DNA of 64,000 nucleotides. Origin: Escherichia phage p000y. The notes below the pieces were generated by a model that was not told the DNA's origin, made no database searches, and saw nothing but the letters and a program-made list of their open reading frames with translations. The position numbers and the translations under genes are program-made. Location of the stretch: the sequence record MK047718.1; one strand, written 5' to 3'. Position 1 is the stretch's first letter. Each line of letters starts with the position of its first letter. Of this stretch, positions 53,749 to 64,000 are shown in pieces.

Positions 53749-55994
53749 CTAAGAGCAGTGGCGTATCCCAAAATTTTGATGCACAGAAAATTATCCAAGT
53801 TCTGACCTGGCAATGTGAAGGAACACAAATTGACCCATATGAATTGTACGAAGAAATTAAGACCCATCTTGTCGACGGGATGAGCACCAAAGATATTCAG
53901 AAGATTTGTATTAAAGTTGCAGCTAACTCGATTTCTGTCGAAGAACCTGATTATCAGTATGTCGCCGCCAAAGGGCTAATGTTTGCACTTCGTAAAGATG
54001 TGTATGGCCAGTTTGAACCGCCTGCTTTTATCGACCATATTTCTTATTGTGTTAATGAAGGCAAATATGACCCTGAGCTGTTGTCTCAATATTCAGCAGA
54101 AGAAATCATTTATCTCGATTCACAGATTAAACATGAACGAGACTTTGACCTGACTTATGCTGGTGCTATGCAACTTAAAGAAAAATATCTAGTTAAAGAT
54201 AAAACAACTGGGAAGATTTATGAAACTCCCCAGTTTGCTATCATGGCTATTGGCATGGCCTTACACCAAGACGAAACTCATGACCGTTTGAAACATATTA
54301 TTCGTTTTTATGATGCCGTTTCTACTCATCAAGTTTCATTGCCAACCCCAATTATGGCAGGTGCTCGTACTCCGACTCGCCAGTTTTCTAGTTGTGTAGT
54401 TATTGAAGCCGGTGATTCCTTAAAATCTATTAACAAAACTTCAGCATCAATTATTGAATATATTTCTAAACGAGCTGGTATTGGTATCAACGTTGGTATG
54501 CTTCGTGCAGAAGGTTCTAAGATCGGTATGGGTGAAGTTCGACATACGGGTGTTATTCCGTTCTGGAAACATTTCCAAACTGCAGTAAAATCTTGTTCTC
54601 AAGGCGGTATTCGTGGTGGTGCTGCTACAGCATATTATCCGATGTGGCACTTAGAAGTAGAGAACCTATTAGTTCTGAAAAATAACAAAGGCGTGGATGA
54701 AAACCGTATTCGACATATGGACTACGGAATTCAGATTAATGACCTTATGATGGAACGCCTTGGTAAAAATGATTATATTACTTTATTTAGCCCTCACGAA
54801 ATGTCAGGCGAACTATACTACTCGTTCTTTGAAGATCAAGATAAATTCCGTGAGCTTTATGAGAAAGCTGAAAAAGACCCAACAATCAGAAAGAAAAGAA
54901 TCAAAGCACTAGAACTCTTTGAATTGTTCATGACTGAACGTTCTGGCACCGCTCGAATTTATCCGCAATTCGTTGATAACACGAACAACTACACTCCATT
55001 TATTCGTGAAAAAGCTCCAATTCGTCAGAGTAACTTATGTTGTGAAATCGCTATTCCAACTAATGATGTGAATGGTCCTGATGCTGAAATTGGTTTATGC
55101 ACATTATCTGCTTTTGTATTAGATAAATTTGATTGGCAAGACCAAGATAAAATTAATGAACTTGCTGAAGTACAAGTACGTGCACTTGATAACCTGTTAG
55201 ACTATCAAGATTATCCGGTTCCAGAAGCTTTAAAAGCTAAAAAGCGTCGAAACCTCGGTGTTGGTGTGACGAACTATGCCGCATGGTTAGCTTCTAACTT
55301 TGCTTCATATGAAGACGCTAACGATTTGACTCATGAATTGTTTGAGAGATTGCAATATGGCCTTATCAAAGCATCAATCAAACTCGCCAAAGAAAAAGGA
55401 TGTTGCGAGTATTATTCAGACACTAAATGGTCTAGAGGCGAATTACCTATCGACTGGTACAATAAAAAGATTGACCAAATCGCAGCCCCGAACTACGTCT
55501 GTGACTGGGAAGAACTTCGAGCTGAACTCAAAGAACATGGAATTCGTAACTCAACGTTGTCTGCACTCATGCCTTGTGAGTCAAGCAGTCAAGTATCAAA
55601 CTCTACAAACGGGATTGAGCCACCACGTGGTCCAGTAAGTATTAAAGAATCTAAAGAAGGCAACTTCCGACAGGTTGTTCCTAATATCGAACATAACATG
55701 AGTCTTTACGACTACGCGTGGAAACTTGCTAAGAAAGGTAATAAACCTTATTTGACCCAAGTTGCTATCATGTTGAAATGGGTGTGCCAATCTGCTTCTG
55801 CTAATACTTACTATGACCCTGCAGTATTTGAGAAAGGTAAAGTGCCAATGTCAGTAATGCTTGACGATCTGCTTTACTTCTGGTACTTTGGCGGAAAAAA
55901 CCTCTACTATCATAACACTCGTGATGGGTCCGGTACAGACGACTATGAATTAGAAACACCTAAAGCAGAAGATTGTTCTGCTTGTAAGCTTTAA
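53739..55994 (+). CDS. nrdA: Ribonucleotide reductase alpha subunit (class Ia)
   Basis: 751 aa; N-terminal ATP-cone; active-site NLCCEI and C-terminal CxxC (CSACKL). Confidence 0.95.
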   Translation: MQVTKSSGVSQNFDAQKIIQVLTWQCEGTQIDPYELYEEIKTHLVDGMSTKDIQKICIKVAANSISVEEPDYQYVAAKGLMFALRKDVYGQFEPPAFIDHISYCVNEGKYDPELLSQYSAEEIIYLDSQIKHERDFDLTYAGAMQLKEKYLVKDKTTGKIYETPQFAIMAIGMALHQDETHDRLKHIIRFYDAVSTHQVSLPTPIMAGARTPTRQFSSCVVIEAGDSLKSINKTSASIIEYISKRAGIGINVGMLRAEGSKIGMGEVRHTGVIPFWKHFQTAVKSCSQGGIRGGAATAYYPMWHLEVENLLVLKNNKGVDENRIRHMDYGIQINDLMMERLGKNDYITLFSPHEMSGELYYSFFEDQDKFRELYEKAEKDPTIRKKRIKALELFELFMTERSGTARIYPQFVDNTNNYTPFIREKAPIRQSNLCCEIAIPTNDVNGPDAEIGLCTLSAFVLDKFDWQDQDKINELAEVQVRALDNLLDYQDYPVPEALKAKKRRNLGVGVTNYAAWLASNFASYEDANDLTHELFERLQYGLIKASIKLAKEKGCCEYYSDTKWSRGELPIDWYNKKIDQIAAPNYVCDWEELRAELKEHGIRNSTLSALMPCESSSQVSNSTNGIEPPRGPVSIKESKEGNFRQVVPNIEHNMSLYDYAWKLAKKGNKPYLTQVAIMLKWVCQSASANTYYDPAVFEKGKVPMSVMLDDLLYFWYFGGKNLYYHNTRDGSGTDDYELETPKAEDCSACKL

Positions 55995-56048
55995 GACTTT
56001 TTATTATAATTTACTCATGGATGAGTTAATAACTAAGTGAGAAATATA

Positions 56049-57227
56049 ATGAGTACAGTTTTTAACACACAACAAGTCGATGTTTTGAATGAACCGATGT
56101 TCTTTGGTTCTGGTCTTGGCCTCGCACGGTATGATATTCAGCGTCATAAAGTTTTTGAAGAGCTTATCGAAAAGCAGCTCTCGTTCTTTTGGCGTCCCGA
56201 GGAAGTAAACTTGATGTTGGATTCGGCCCAGTTTAATAAGCTTCCACAGTTCCAACAGGACATCTTTACCAACAACCTTAAGTATCAATCATTATTAGAT
56301 TCTATCCAAGGTAGAGCACCATCTGCGGTACTTATGTCATTGCTTTCAGACCCTTCATTAGATACATGGGTTGCTACATGGACTTTCAGTGAAACTATTC
56401 ACTCTCGTTCATATACTCATATTATGCGAAATCTTTATACAGATCCATCGAAGGTGTTTGATGAGATTGTATTAGATGAAGCTATTATGAAGCGTGCCGA
56501 ATCTATCGGACGATATTATGATGATGTTCTGGTTAAAGCTCGTTATTGGGAAAACGCTAAAGCTGATATCGAATACCAAAAAGAAATTAATGCAGACGAA
56601 GACGTTATTGAAGATGCTATTGAGCATGAGACATATTGGAAGCGTGAGCTAATGAAATCTCTTTACCTCTGTTTGCACGTTATTAATGCCTTAGAAGCTA
56701 TTCGTTTTTATGTATCTTTCGCATGCACCTTTAACTTCCACAAGAATATGGAAATCATGGAAGGTAATGCCAAGATTATGAAGTTCATTGCTCGTGATGA
56801 ACAGCTCCACCTCAAGGGCACTCAATATATTATTCGCGCTTTACAAGATGGCGAAGACGGTGATGAATGGGTCAAAATTGCTCAAGAGTGTGAACAAGAA
56901 GCAGTTGATATTTTCATGGAAGTTAACGCTCAAGAAAAAGAATGGGCTGAACACTTGTTTAAAGATGGTGCTCTTCCAGGTCTAAATGTTAAAATCCTAA
57001 GTGAATTTGTGGATTATCTTACCGTGTCTCGTATGCGTAGTTGTGGTCTGCCATGTCCTCTTAAAGACGTATCAACTCGTCATCCTATTCCATGGATTCG
57101 TGAGTATTTGAACTCTGATTTGGTTCAAGCAGCCCCACAAGAAGTTGAAATCAGTTCTTATCTTGTCGCACAAATTGATAATGATGTAGACCAAAATGTA
57201 ATCAATTCATACAAAAAATATTTCTAA
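56049..57227 (+). CDS. nrdB: Ribonucleotide reductase beta subunit (uninterrupted, no intron)
   Basis: About 392 aa; di-iron ligand motifs (ETIHSRSYTHI, EGNAKIMKFIARDEQLHL); ATG 56049 (the track start 56037 is 4 codons upstream). Confidence 0.9.
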   Translation: MSTVFNTQQVDVLNEPMFFGSGLGLARYDIQRHKVFEELIEKQLSFFWRPEEVNLMLDSAQFNKLPQFQQDIFTNNLKYQSLLDSIQGRAPSAVLMSLLSDPSLDTWVATWTFSETIHSRSYTHIMRNLYTDPSKVFDEIVLDEAIMKRAESIGRYYDDVLVKARYWENAKADIEYQKEINADEDVIEDAIEHETYWKRELMKSLYLCLHVINALEAIRFYVSFACTFNFHKNMEIMEGNAKIMKFIARDEQLHLKGTQYIIRALQDGEDGDEWVKIAQECEQEAVDIFMEVNAQEKEWAEHLFKDGALPGLNVKILSEFVDYLTVSRMRSCGLPCPLKDVSTRHPIPWIREYLNSDLVQAAPQEVEISSYLVAQIDNDVDQNVINSYKKYF

Positions 57228-57253
57228 GGACGGGACTTCGGTCCCACTTTATT
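57225..57253 (+). promoter_or_regulatory. Hairpin between an SD and the denA start codon (split ribosome-binding site)
   Basis: UAAGGAC-GGGACUUCGGUCCC-ACUUUAUU-AUG; same architecture as at gene 38. Confidence 0.45.
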
Positions 57254-57664
57254 ATGAAAGATATCGCCGCCGAATATTCCTTTATTAAATATACAGAATT
57301 GGAGCTATTAGAAGATGCAACAATTAAAACAGTTGATGTCCCTAATAAGAAAAATGTCATATATGCTATTGCTATAGATGACGAACTTGTGTATATTGGT
57401 AAAACCAAGAATTTAAAGAAACGCATTAACTATTATCGAACAGCCATAAATCGAAAAGACCAGACTTCAGATTCAAGAAAATCACTTATGATTTTGGATG
57501 CCTTAATGCAAGGCAAAAAGGTTGAATTCTGGGCCCGCCAATGTTTTGACCTTTCAGTCACCAACGAACTTGGTTCAATGACCATCGCAACAATGGACCT
57601 TGAAGAACCACTTTTTATCAAAAAGTTCAACCCGCCTTGGAATATCCAACATAAGAAAAAGTAG
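57254..57664 (+). CDS. denA: Endonuclease II (DenA), GIY-YIG family
   Basis: 136 aa (T4 DenA is 136 aa); GIY-YIG-like VIYAIAIDDELVYIGKTKNLKKRINYY; position after nrdB. Confidence 0.8.
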   Translation: MKDIAAEYSFIKYTELELLEDATIKTVDVPNKKNVIYAIAIDDELVYIGKTKNLKKRINYYRTAINRKDQTSDSRKSLMILDALMQGKKVEFWARQCFDLSVTNELGSMTIATMDLEEPLFIKKFNPPWNIQHKKK

Positions 57665-57693
57665 TTTACATACCACAAGGATTGTGGTACAAT
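57664..57693 (+). promoter_or_regulatory. T4-type early promoter with spacer hairpin ACCACAA-GGA-TTGTGGT
   Basis: GTTTAC, 18-nt spacer, TACAAT; upstream of rnlA. Confidence 0.55.
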
Positions 57694-57710
57694 TTAAAAA
57701 AACTAACTGA

Positions 57711-58844
<1,134 letters not shown>

Positions 58845-58856
58845 CGGTTTACAAAC

Positions 58857-58886
58857 ACCAAGGATGGTGATACTATGGGTTTATCA
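58857..58886 (+). promoter_or_regulatory. T4-type early promoter with spacer hairpin CACCA-AGGA-TGGTG
   Basis: GTTTAC, 18-nt spacer, TACTAT; upstream of the alc-like gene. Confidence 0.55.
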
Positions 58887-58905
58887 ACAACACGAGGAGA
58901 AAATT

Positions 58906-59406
58906 ATGAATATGCAATTGATTACTAACGATATGGTCGTAAACGCTTTTGGAGACACAACTGACGGAATCCGGGTCTTTAAGAAAGGACGTCCAGTTGG
59001 TTATCTTACTGACCTACGGGTTACACTGGCCAAAAATCTTAAAAAGAAAGTAAAACAAAAAGAGTATTCAACCCGATACGCTGAAGAGAAACGCGAAGCG
59101 ATGCCAGAAGCAGTTAATGCTATGGTAGAATTTCTTCAAAACAATTTGACTAAATATGACGCTAATGTGTTCATTAATATTAGTCAACCAAACGTACATA
59201 TCGCAGGTATAAAATTCTACATTATTTGCGACCCTCTTACCGACAAATTCAACCGTCTCGGAATTTCAAGTCCATATCATACAGCAGAAGAGTTGTGTGT
59301 ATTGTTTGAATCGTACAAAATCCAGTGTGATGGTTTGAAAACCGTTCTTATCAATGGATTATCCCGAGATGAAATCATTGAGATTATTAAAACATGCTTA
59401 AAGTAA
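58906..59406 (+). CDS. alc: Alc-like protein (position- and size-based)
   Basis: ATG 58906 after GAGGAGAA RBS; 166 aa against T4 Alc 167 aa; between rnlA and the spanins. Confidence 0.5.
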   Translation: MNMQLITNDMVVNAFGDTTDGIRVFKKGRPVGYLTDLRVTLAKNLKKKVKQKEYSTRYAEEKREAMPEAVNAMVEFLQNNLTKYDANVFINISQPNVHIAGIKFYIICDPLTDKFNRLGISSPYHTAEELCVLFESYKIQCDGLKTVLINGLSRDEIIEIIKTCLK

Positions 59407-59750
59407 ATCCTATTTACGCTATAGTAGCAGCTTTTGCTCTAGTTTCTACGGTAACAATAGTTGTCTTAAACAACAAAGTTGATTCGTTGAATACTGAATT
59501 AGCTTCTGTCAAAGAGACTGCTAAAAACAATGCTAAAGTATTAGATGACTTCAAGGTTCAATATCAGTCAATCGAAGAAATGACTTATAAGAACCGTGTT
59601 TTAGTTGACCAACTTAAGGCCGAAAATGAAAAGCTCCGTAAGGATTCGAAGAAGAAGAACGTGGTGGCAAGTAAGCCAGGATTGGTCGAAAAACAAATCA
59701 ACAGGTCCTTCGATTCCTTTGCAGAAGACCTCAGGAAGCTCTCAGAATGA
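59394..59750 (+). CDS. i-spanin (PseT.3-like, N-terminal TM anchor plus coiled coil)
   Basis: N-terminal TM segment IYAIVAAFALVSTVTIVVL; charged helical remainder; adjacent o-spanin-like lipoprotein. Confidence 0.55.
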   Translation: MLKVNPIYAIVAAFALVSTVTIVVLNNKVDSLNTELASVKETAKNNAKVLDDFKVQYQSIEEMTYKNRVLVDQLKAENEKLRKDSKKKNVVASKPGLVEKQINRSFDSFAEDLRKLSE

Positions 59751-60037
59751 TTAAATTAACTGTGGCTGTATTATCTATTGGTCTCCTAGTTGGATGTACT
59801 CAGGATGTGCCAGTAAGCCCTAAAGAAACTTTACATCCTTCATGGCCTACGCCTATTTCCGAATACAACCAGAAATGGCAAGTAAAGGTTATTGATGGTA
59901 ATCCGTGGGTTGGAATGCCATTTGAAGACTCTCAAGAATTTCGTATCTGGTTAAACGACGTAAAAAGATATATACATGACCAGAAGACTATGTTATGTTA
60001 TTATCGTAGTGGTTTAAAAGAGGAAAAATGCCAATGA
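59747..60037 (+). CDS. o-spanin outer-membrane lipoprotein (PseT.2-like)
   Basis: Lipobox LLVGC (MIKLTVAVLSIGLLVGCTQ); ATGA overlap with the i-spanin. Confidence 0.55.
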   Translation: MIKLTVAVLSIGLLVGCTQDVPVSPKETLHPSWPTPISEYNQKWQVKVIDGNPWVGMPFEDSQEFRIWLNDVKRYIHDQKTMLCYYRSGLKEEKCQ

Positions 60038-60252
60038 CTAAAGAACAGCATGAATACATTAAAGGGCTTATCTATGAATCTGAAATGGCGGCTATGATTT
60101 ATGGACGCCAGATTCAACGATTAGAATCTTTGCCTCCGACTAATGACCGCTTGTTAGTTCAGTCTCGTGCTAATCTGAAAAATGAATATCAGAATAAGTG
60201 GGCAGTAGCGACTAAAGCTCTTCATGAGTATATTGAATCTTTAGTAAAATAG
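60028..60252 (+). CDS. Hypothetical protein (74 aa)
   Basis: Overlapping start; pseT.1-like position. Confidence 0.45.
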   Translation: MPMTKEQHEYIKGLIYESEMAAMIYGRQIQRLESLPPTNDRLLVQSRANLKNEYQNKWAVATKALHEYIESLVK

Positions 60253-60281
60253 TTTACAAACTCTCAGGAGCAGAGTATAAT
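60253..60281 (+). promoter_or_regulatory. T4-type early promoter with inverted repeat GGAGCA/TGCTCC spanning the -10 TATAAT
   Basis: GTTTACaaactctcaggagcagagTATAATgctcc; near-duplicate of the promoter at 31962. Confidence 0.55.
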
Positions 60282-60309
60282 GCTCCTATGGATAATTGAG
60301 GAAATCTAA

Positions 60310-60608
60310 ATGAAAACATTACTAGAGAATTACATCAAACGGTCTGATGAGTATATTGATATCTGTCGTGGAATGTCACTTGGCAATTATGACAAAGATG
60401 CAGCAAAGGCACTAGATGAAGCAGGTAAAGCTCTTCGTAAAGCTGCTAAAGAAAAAGGGTTGGATTTGCAACAACTCAAAAGTCATATGATTAAATTTAT
60501 TTCTTCAAACGTTAGAAGTACGTCAATTAATAAAAACGTTGCTGAAATTAATAAAGACCGGCGCGAGCATAACATTCGTATTCTTGAAATTTTCTTAGGA
60601 ATAAAATA

Positions 60609-60609
<1 letters not shown>
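60310..60609 (+). CDS. Hypothetical protein (99 aa)
   Basis: Early promoter 60253-60281 and GAGGAAA RBS. Confidence 0.45.
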
Positions 60610-61696
<1,087 letters not shown>

Positions 61697-61888
61697 ATGA
61701 AACGATTATATGAAGTGATTGAGGCCATCGAACATCATAAAGAATATTTGTTTGTAGCCTGGCCTTTAGTAAATGGACAGTTCGGTATTGATGTGCTGGA
61801 CTATGAGCATGAAGAACGTTTGGACGGCGGTATATTTGATAACGTCGACCAGGCAATTGAATGGTTAAATGAAAACTATGTACGATAA
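61697..61888 (+). CDS. Hypothetical protein (63 aa)
   Basis: Starts immediately after the pseT stop. Confidence 0.4.
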   Translation: MKRLYEVIEAIEHHKEYLFVAWPLVNGQFGIDVLDYEHEERLDGGIFDNVDQAIEWLNENYVR

Positions 61889-62093
61889 ACATCATGAAAT
61901 AGAAGATGAAGCATACAAAATGCTTCGTAAACTAGTGGGACTTAATATGAGTCCTACATTAATCAACAAACTCGCAGGAATTCGTAATGATCTGAATACT
62001 CGTTACAAAGGTGAATATCATGTAGAGTTTGTTCCTGTAGGTGAACCAACCGAGCGATTTGTTGTTCGAGTTAAAGTAAATACTGTGCACTGA
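61869..62093 (+). CDS. Hypothetical protein (74 aa)
   Basis: Overlapping, packed ORF. Confidence 0.4.
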   Translation: MKTMYDKHHEIEDEAYKMLRKLVGLNMSPTLINKLAGIRNDLNTRYKGEYHVEFVPVGEPTERFVVRVKVNTVH

Positions 62094-62100
62094 GGTAATT

Positions 62101-62376
62101 ATGTTCCCAACTTATTCTGAAATTGTAAAGGTAGTCTTCAGTCAGATTATTGCTAATAATATGTTTGAAGTGCTTGATAATGCAGCCGAACTCAGAGTTC
62201 ATGCTCAAGTAACTCATGTACTCAATGCTTTGCTCCCAGACCAAGTAGATTCTATTGCTATTACTCTTCTCCCTGGATCTGCACACGTCATCGTGGTATT
62301 TGATCTTGACGGCGATTTAGTTATCCAATGTGATATCAATTTCGGTACACAAAAAATTGAATGCAAAGCAATTTGA
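62101..62376 (+). CDS. Hypothetical protein (91 aa)
   Basis: GAGGTAA RBS. Confidence 0.45.
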   Translation: MFPTYSEIVKVVFSQIIANNMFEVLDNAAELRVHAQVTHVLNALLPDQVDSIAITLLPGSAHVIVVFDLDGDLVIQCDINFGTQKIECKAI

Positions 62377-62378
62377 TG

Positions 62379-62408
62379 GTTTACAACATGGTGGAGTTGT
62401 GATACTAT
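62379..62408 (+). promoter_or_regulatory. T4-type early promoter
   Basis: GTTTAC, 18-nt spacer, TACTAT; ACAAC/GTTGT inverted repeat in the spacer. Confidence 0.45.
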
Positions 62409-62436
62409 AACTCTACCAACAAATGAGGAAATAGAA

Positions 62437-62673
62437 ATGCTAAGTGAAAACCCAATTACAGTACACGAATTTCAGATTAAAGTAAAAGAATTTGCTCAAG
62501 CACTCATCAATAAAGTGTCTGAACGTTTCCAAGATGCAACATTACGAGTTATTCAAGAATCTCCACGTTCTTTTCTCATAATCGTTAATCCTAAAGATGG
62601 TGACCAAATTACTAATCTTAAATTAGGCAGTGATGGTCTTGTTGAAGCAACTCGAGTATATGGAACACTATAA
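62437..62673 (+). CDS. Hypothetical protein (78 aa)
   Basis: Early promoter 62379-62408 and GAGGAAA RBS. Confidence 0.45.
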   Translation: MLSENPITVHEFQIKVKEFAQALINKVSERFQDATLRVIQESPRSFLIIVNPKDGDQITNLKLGSDGLVEATRVYGTL

Positions 62674-62793
62674 TGAGAGCTATCTCATTACTATCGAGAA
62701 TGGTCATAAATCTGAGCACTACCAACTTAGCCTGTCTAATCCGGTTAAAGGTATTGTTGAATCAGAATCTGTTTATATCTCCTAAGGATTGTT

Positions 62794-63786
62794 ATGTTAC
62801 CTGTCGTCGGAAAACTTATTTCTCCAAAAGAACTGGCTGAGATTATTCCTTTGTCGGAAGCTTACGCATCACAAGTGGCTTCTCATCGCGAACAAGTTAA
62901 TTCGATTATGAACGGTGAAGACCCACGCAAACTTATTGTTGTAGGTCCTTGTTCAATTCATGACCCTATTGCTGCTGTTGAATACGGCAAACGTCTGGCT
63001 GAACTTCAAACTCGTCTTCCTAATGTTCTGTTAGTGATGCGCGTTTATTTTGAAAAGCCTCGAACTACCGTAGGTTGGAAAGGTCTTGTAAATGATCCAT
63101 ATCTTGACGGAAGTTTTGATATGAACCACGGTCTTATAGTTGCACGAACATTGTGTCGTAAACTTCTACGTATGGGACTTCCATTAGCAACTGAAGTATT
63201 AGACCCATTCACGATTAAGTATCTTTCTGGTATTTTCTCATGGGTTGCTATTGGCGCCCGTACGACTGAAAGTCAGACACATCGTGAAATTGCTTCAGGT
63301 CTACCGATGTGCGTAGGCTTCAAGAACGCAACCAATGGTTCTATTAAAGTAGCTACAGACGCGATGTATAGCGCCGCCTGGCCTCATCGGTATATGGGTA
63401 TGGACGTCGATGGTACTGTAGGCATTGTTGAAGCTGAAGGTAATCAGAATACGCATATCGTATTGCGTGGCGGGACCAACGGCCCGAACTATCATTCTTC
63501 TGATATTCAAGAAGCTTCTAACAAAGCAAGTGCAGTAGGTCTGAATCATTATGTAATGGTTGACTGTAGCCATGCAAACGCTGCTGGGCATTATAGCAAT
63601 CAAATTGGTATTGGTAAAAATTTAGCAGCTAATGATTTGGTCAAAGGAATTATGATAGAATCATTCCTACATGAAGGAAATCAAAAAATTTCTGATAATA
63701 TGTCCTATGGCGTTTCCGTTACCGATGCGTGCATCAGTTGGGAACAAACTAAAGAGCTGTTAACTTATATTAATAAGGTTCAATAA
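62794..63786 (+). CDS. 3-deoxy-D-arabino-heptulosonate-7-phosphate (DAHP) synthase, class I (AroG/AroF/AroH-like)
   Basis: LIVVGPCSIHDP, VMRVYFEKPRTTVGWKGLVNDP, GARTTESQTHRE, GFKN.T.G, IVLRGG, VMVDCSHAN and ESFLHEGNQ align with E. coli AroG motifs as recalled; 330 aa. Confidence 0.85.
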   Translation: MLPVVGKLISPKELAEIIPLSEAYASQVASHREQVNSIMNGEDPRKLIVVGPCSIHDPIAAVEYGKRLAELQTRLPNVLLVMRVYFEKPRTTVGWKGLVNDPYLDGSFDMNHGLIVARTLCRKLLRMGLPLATEVLDPFTIKYLSGIFSWVAIGARTTESQTHREIASGLPMCVGFKNATNGSIKVATDAMYSAAWPHRYMGMDVDGTVGIVEAEGNQNTHIVLRGGTNGPNYHSSDIQEASNKASAVGLNHYVMVDCSHANAAGHYSNQIGIGKNLAANDLVKGIMIESFLHEGNQKISDNMSYGVSVTDACISWEQTKELLTYINKVQ

Positions 63787-64000
63787 TGAAAGCTAGCACA
63801 TATCTTCAAATTGCTTATTTGATTTCTCAAGAATCAAAATGTTGTTCATGGAAAGTTGGTGCCGTCATTGAAAAAGATGGACGCATTATTTCTACAGGTT
63901 ATAATGGCTCTCCTTCAGGTGGTACAAACTGTTGCGAACATGCATCCGAAAACGGTTGGTTGAAGAATAAACCAAGCCCGGTCATCGTTGCTGGGCATAA
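63786..64000 (+). CDS. cd: dCMP deaminase (3'-truncated by the window end)
   Basis: MKASTYLQIAYLISQESKCCSWKVGAVIEKDGRIISTGYNGSPSGG matches the T4 Cd N-terminus as recalled; TAATG overlap. Confidence 0.85.
   Translation, partial: MKASTYLQIAYLISQESKCCSWKVGAVIEKDGRIISTGYNGSPSGGTNCCEHASENGWLKNKPSPVIVAGH

Noticed and set aside
52327-57227. Group I introns and intron-encoded homing endonucleases in td and nrdB
   Set aside because: Both ORFs are continuous and of canonical length; no HNH or GIY-YIG ORF is embedded.
57254-57664. GIY-YIG ORF as a mobile homing endonuclease
   Set aside because: Size (136 aa) and position after nrdB match T4 endonuclease II (DenA), a housekeeping GIY-YIG nuclease, not a seg/mob element.
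62657-62785. 37-aa ORF upstream of the DAHP synthase gene
   Set aside because: No convincing RBS and a low-complexity translation; the region more likely contains the regulatory leader of the DAHP synthase gene.

Overview
This window is a T4-like (Tevenvirinae) myovirus genome segment, read in the opposite orientation to the conventional T4 map. Early and middle genes are on the + strand in T4 order: 42, uvsX, 40, 41, dmd, sp, 61, 56, soc, modA, modB, dda, dexA, 39 (39/60 fused), rIIA, rIIB, ndd, 52, motA, asiA, then rnh, dsbA, 33, 59, 32, frd, td, nrdA, nrdB, denA, rnlA, alc, spanins, pseT, cd. The late long-tail-fibre cluster 34-35-36-37-38 and holin t are on the - strand (37.1-47.4 kb). 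I found no CRISPR array, tRNA, insertion sequence, intron or homing endonuclease. Regulatory signals are dense: GTTTAC/TATAAT early promoters, TATAAATA late promoters, MotA-box middle promoter candidates, CUUCGG-tetraloop hairpin terminators, and the gene 32 translational operator. The most interesting part is the non-T4 accessory content that looks like a nucleotide or DNA modification system. Around gene 42 (nt 1-5443) sit a kinase-fold protein, a small HAD-like phosphatase, a Cys-rich 389-aa enzyme (U32-like or CxxxCxYC), a 299-aa unknown in the beta-gt slot and a TMK-like P-loop kinase. A GT-B glycosyltransferase lies between 39 and rIIA, and an AroG-type DAHP synthase lies between pseT and cd. 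All calls are from reading the sequence and recalled protein families; no searches were run, and coordinates for starts I re-derived by hand may be off by a few nucleotides.
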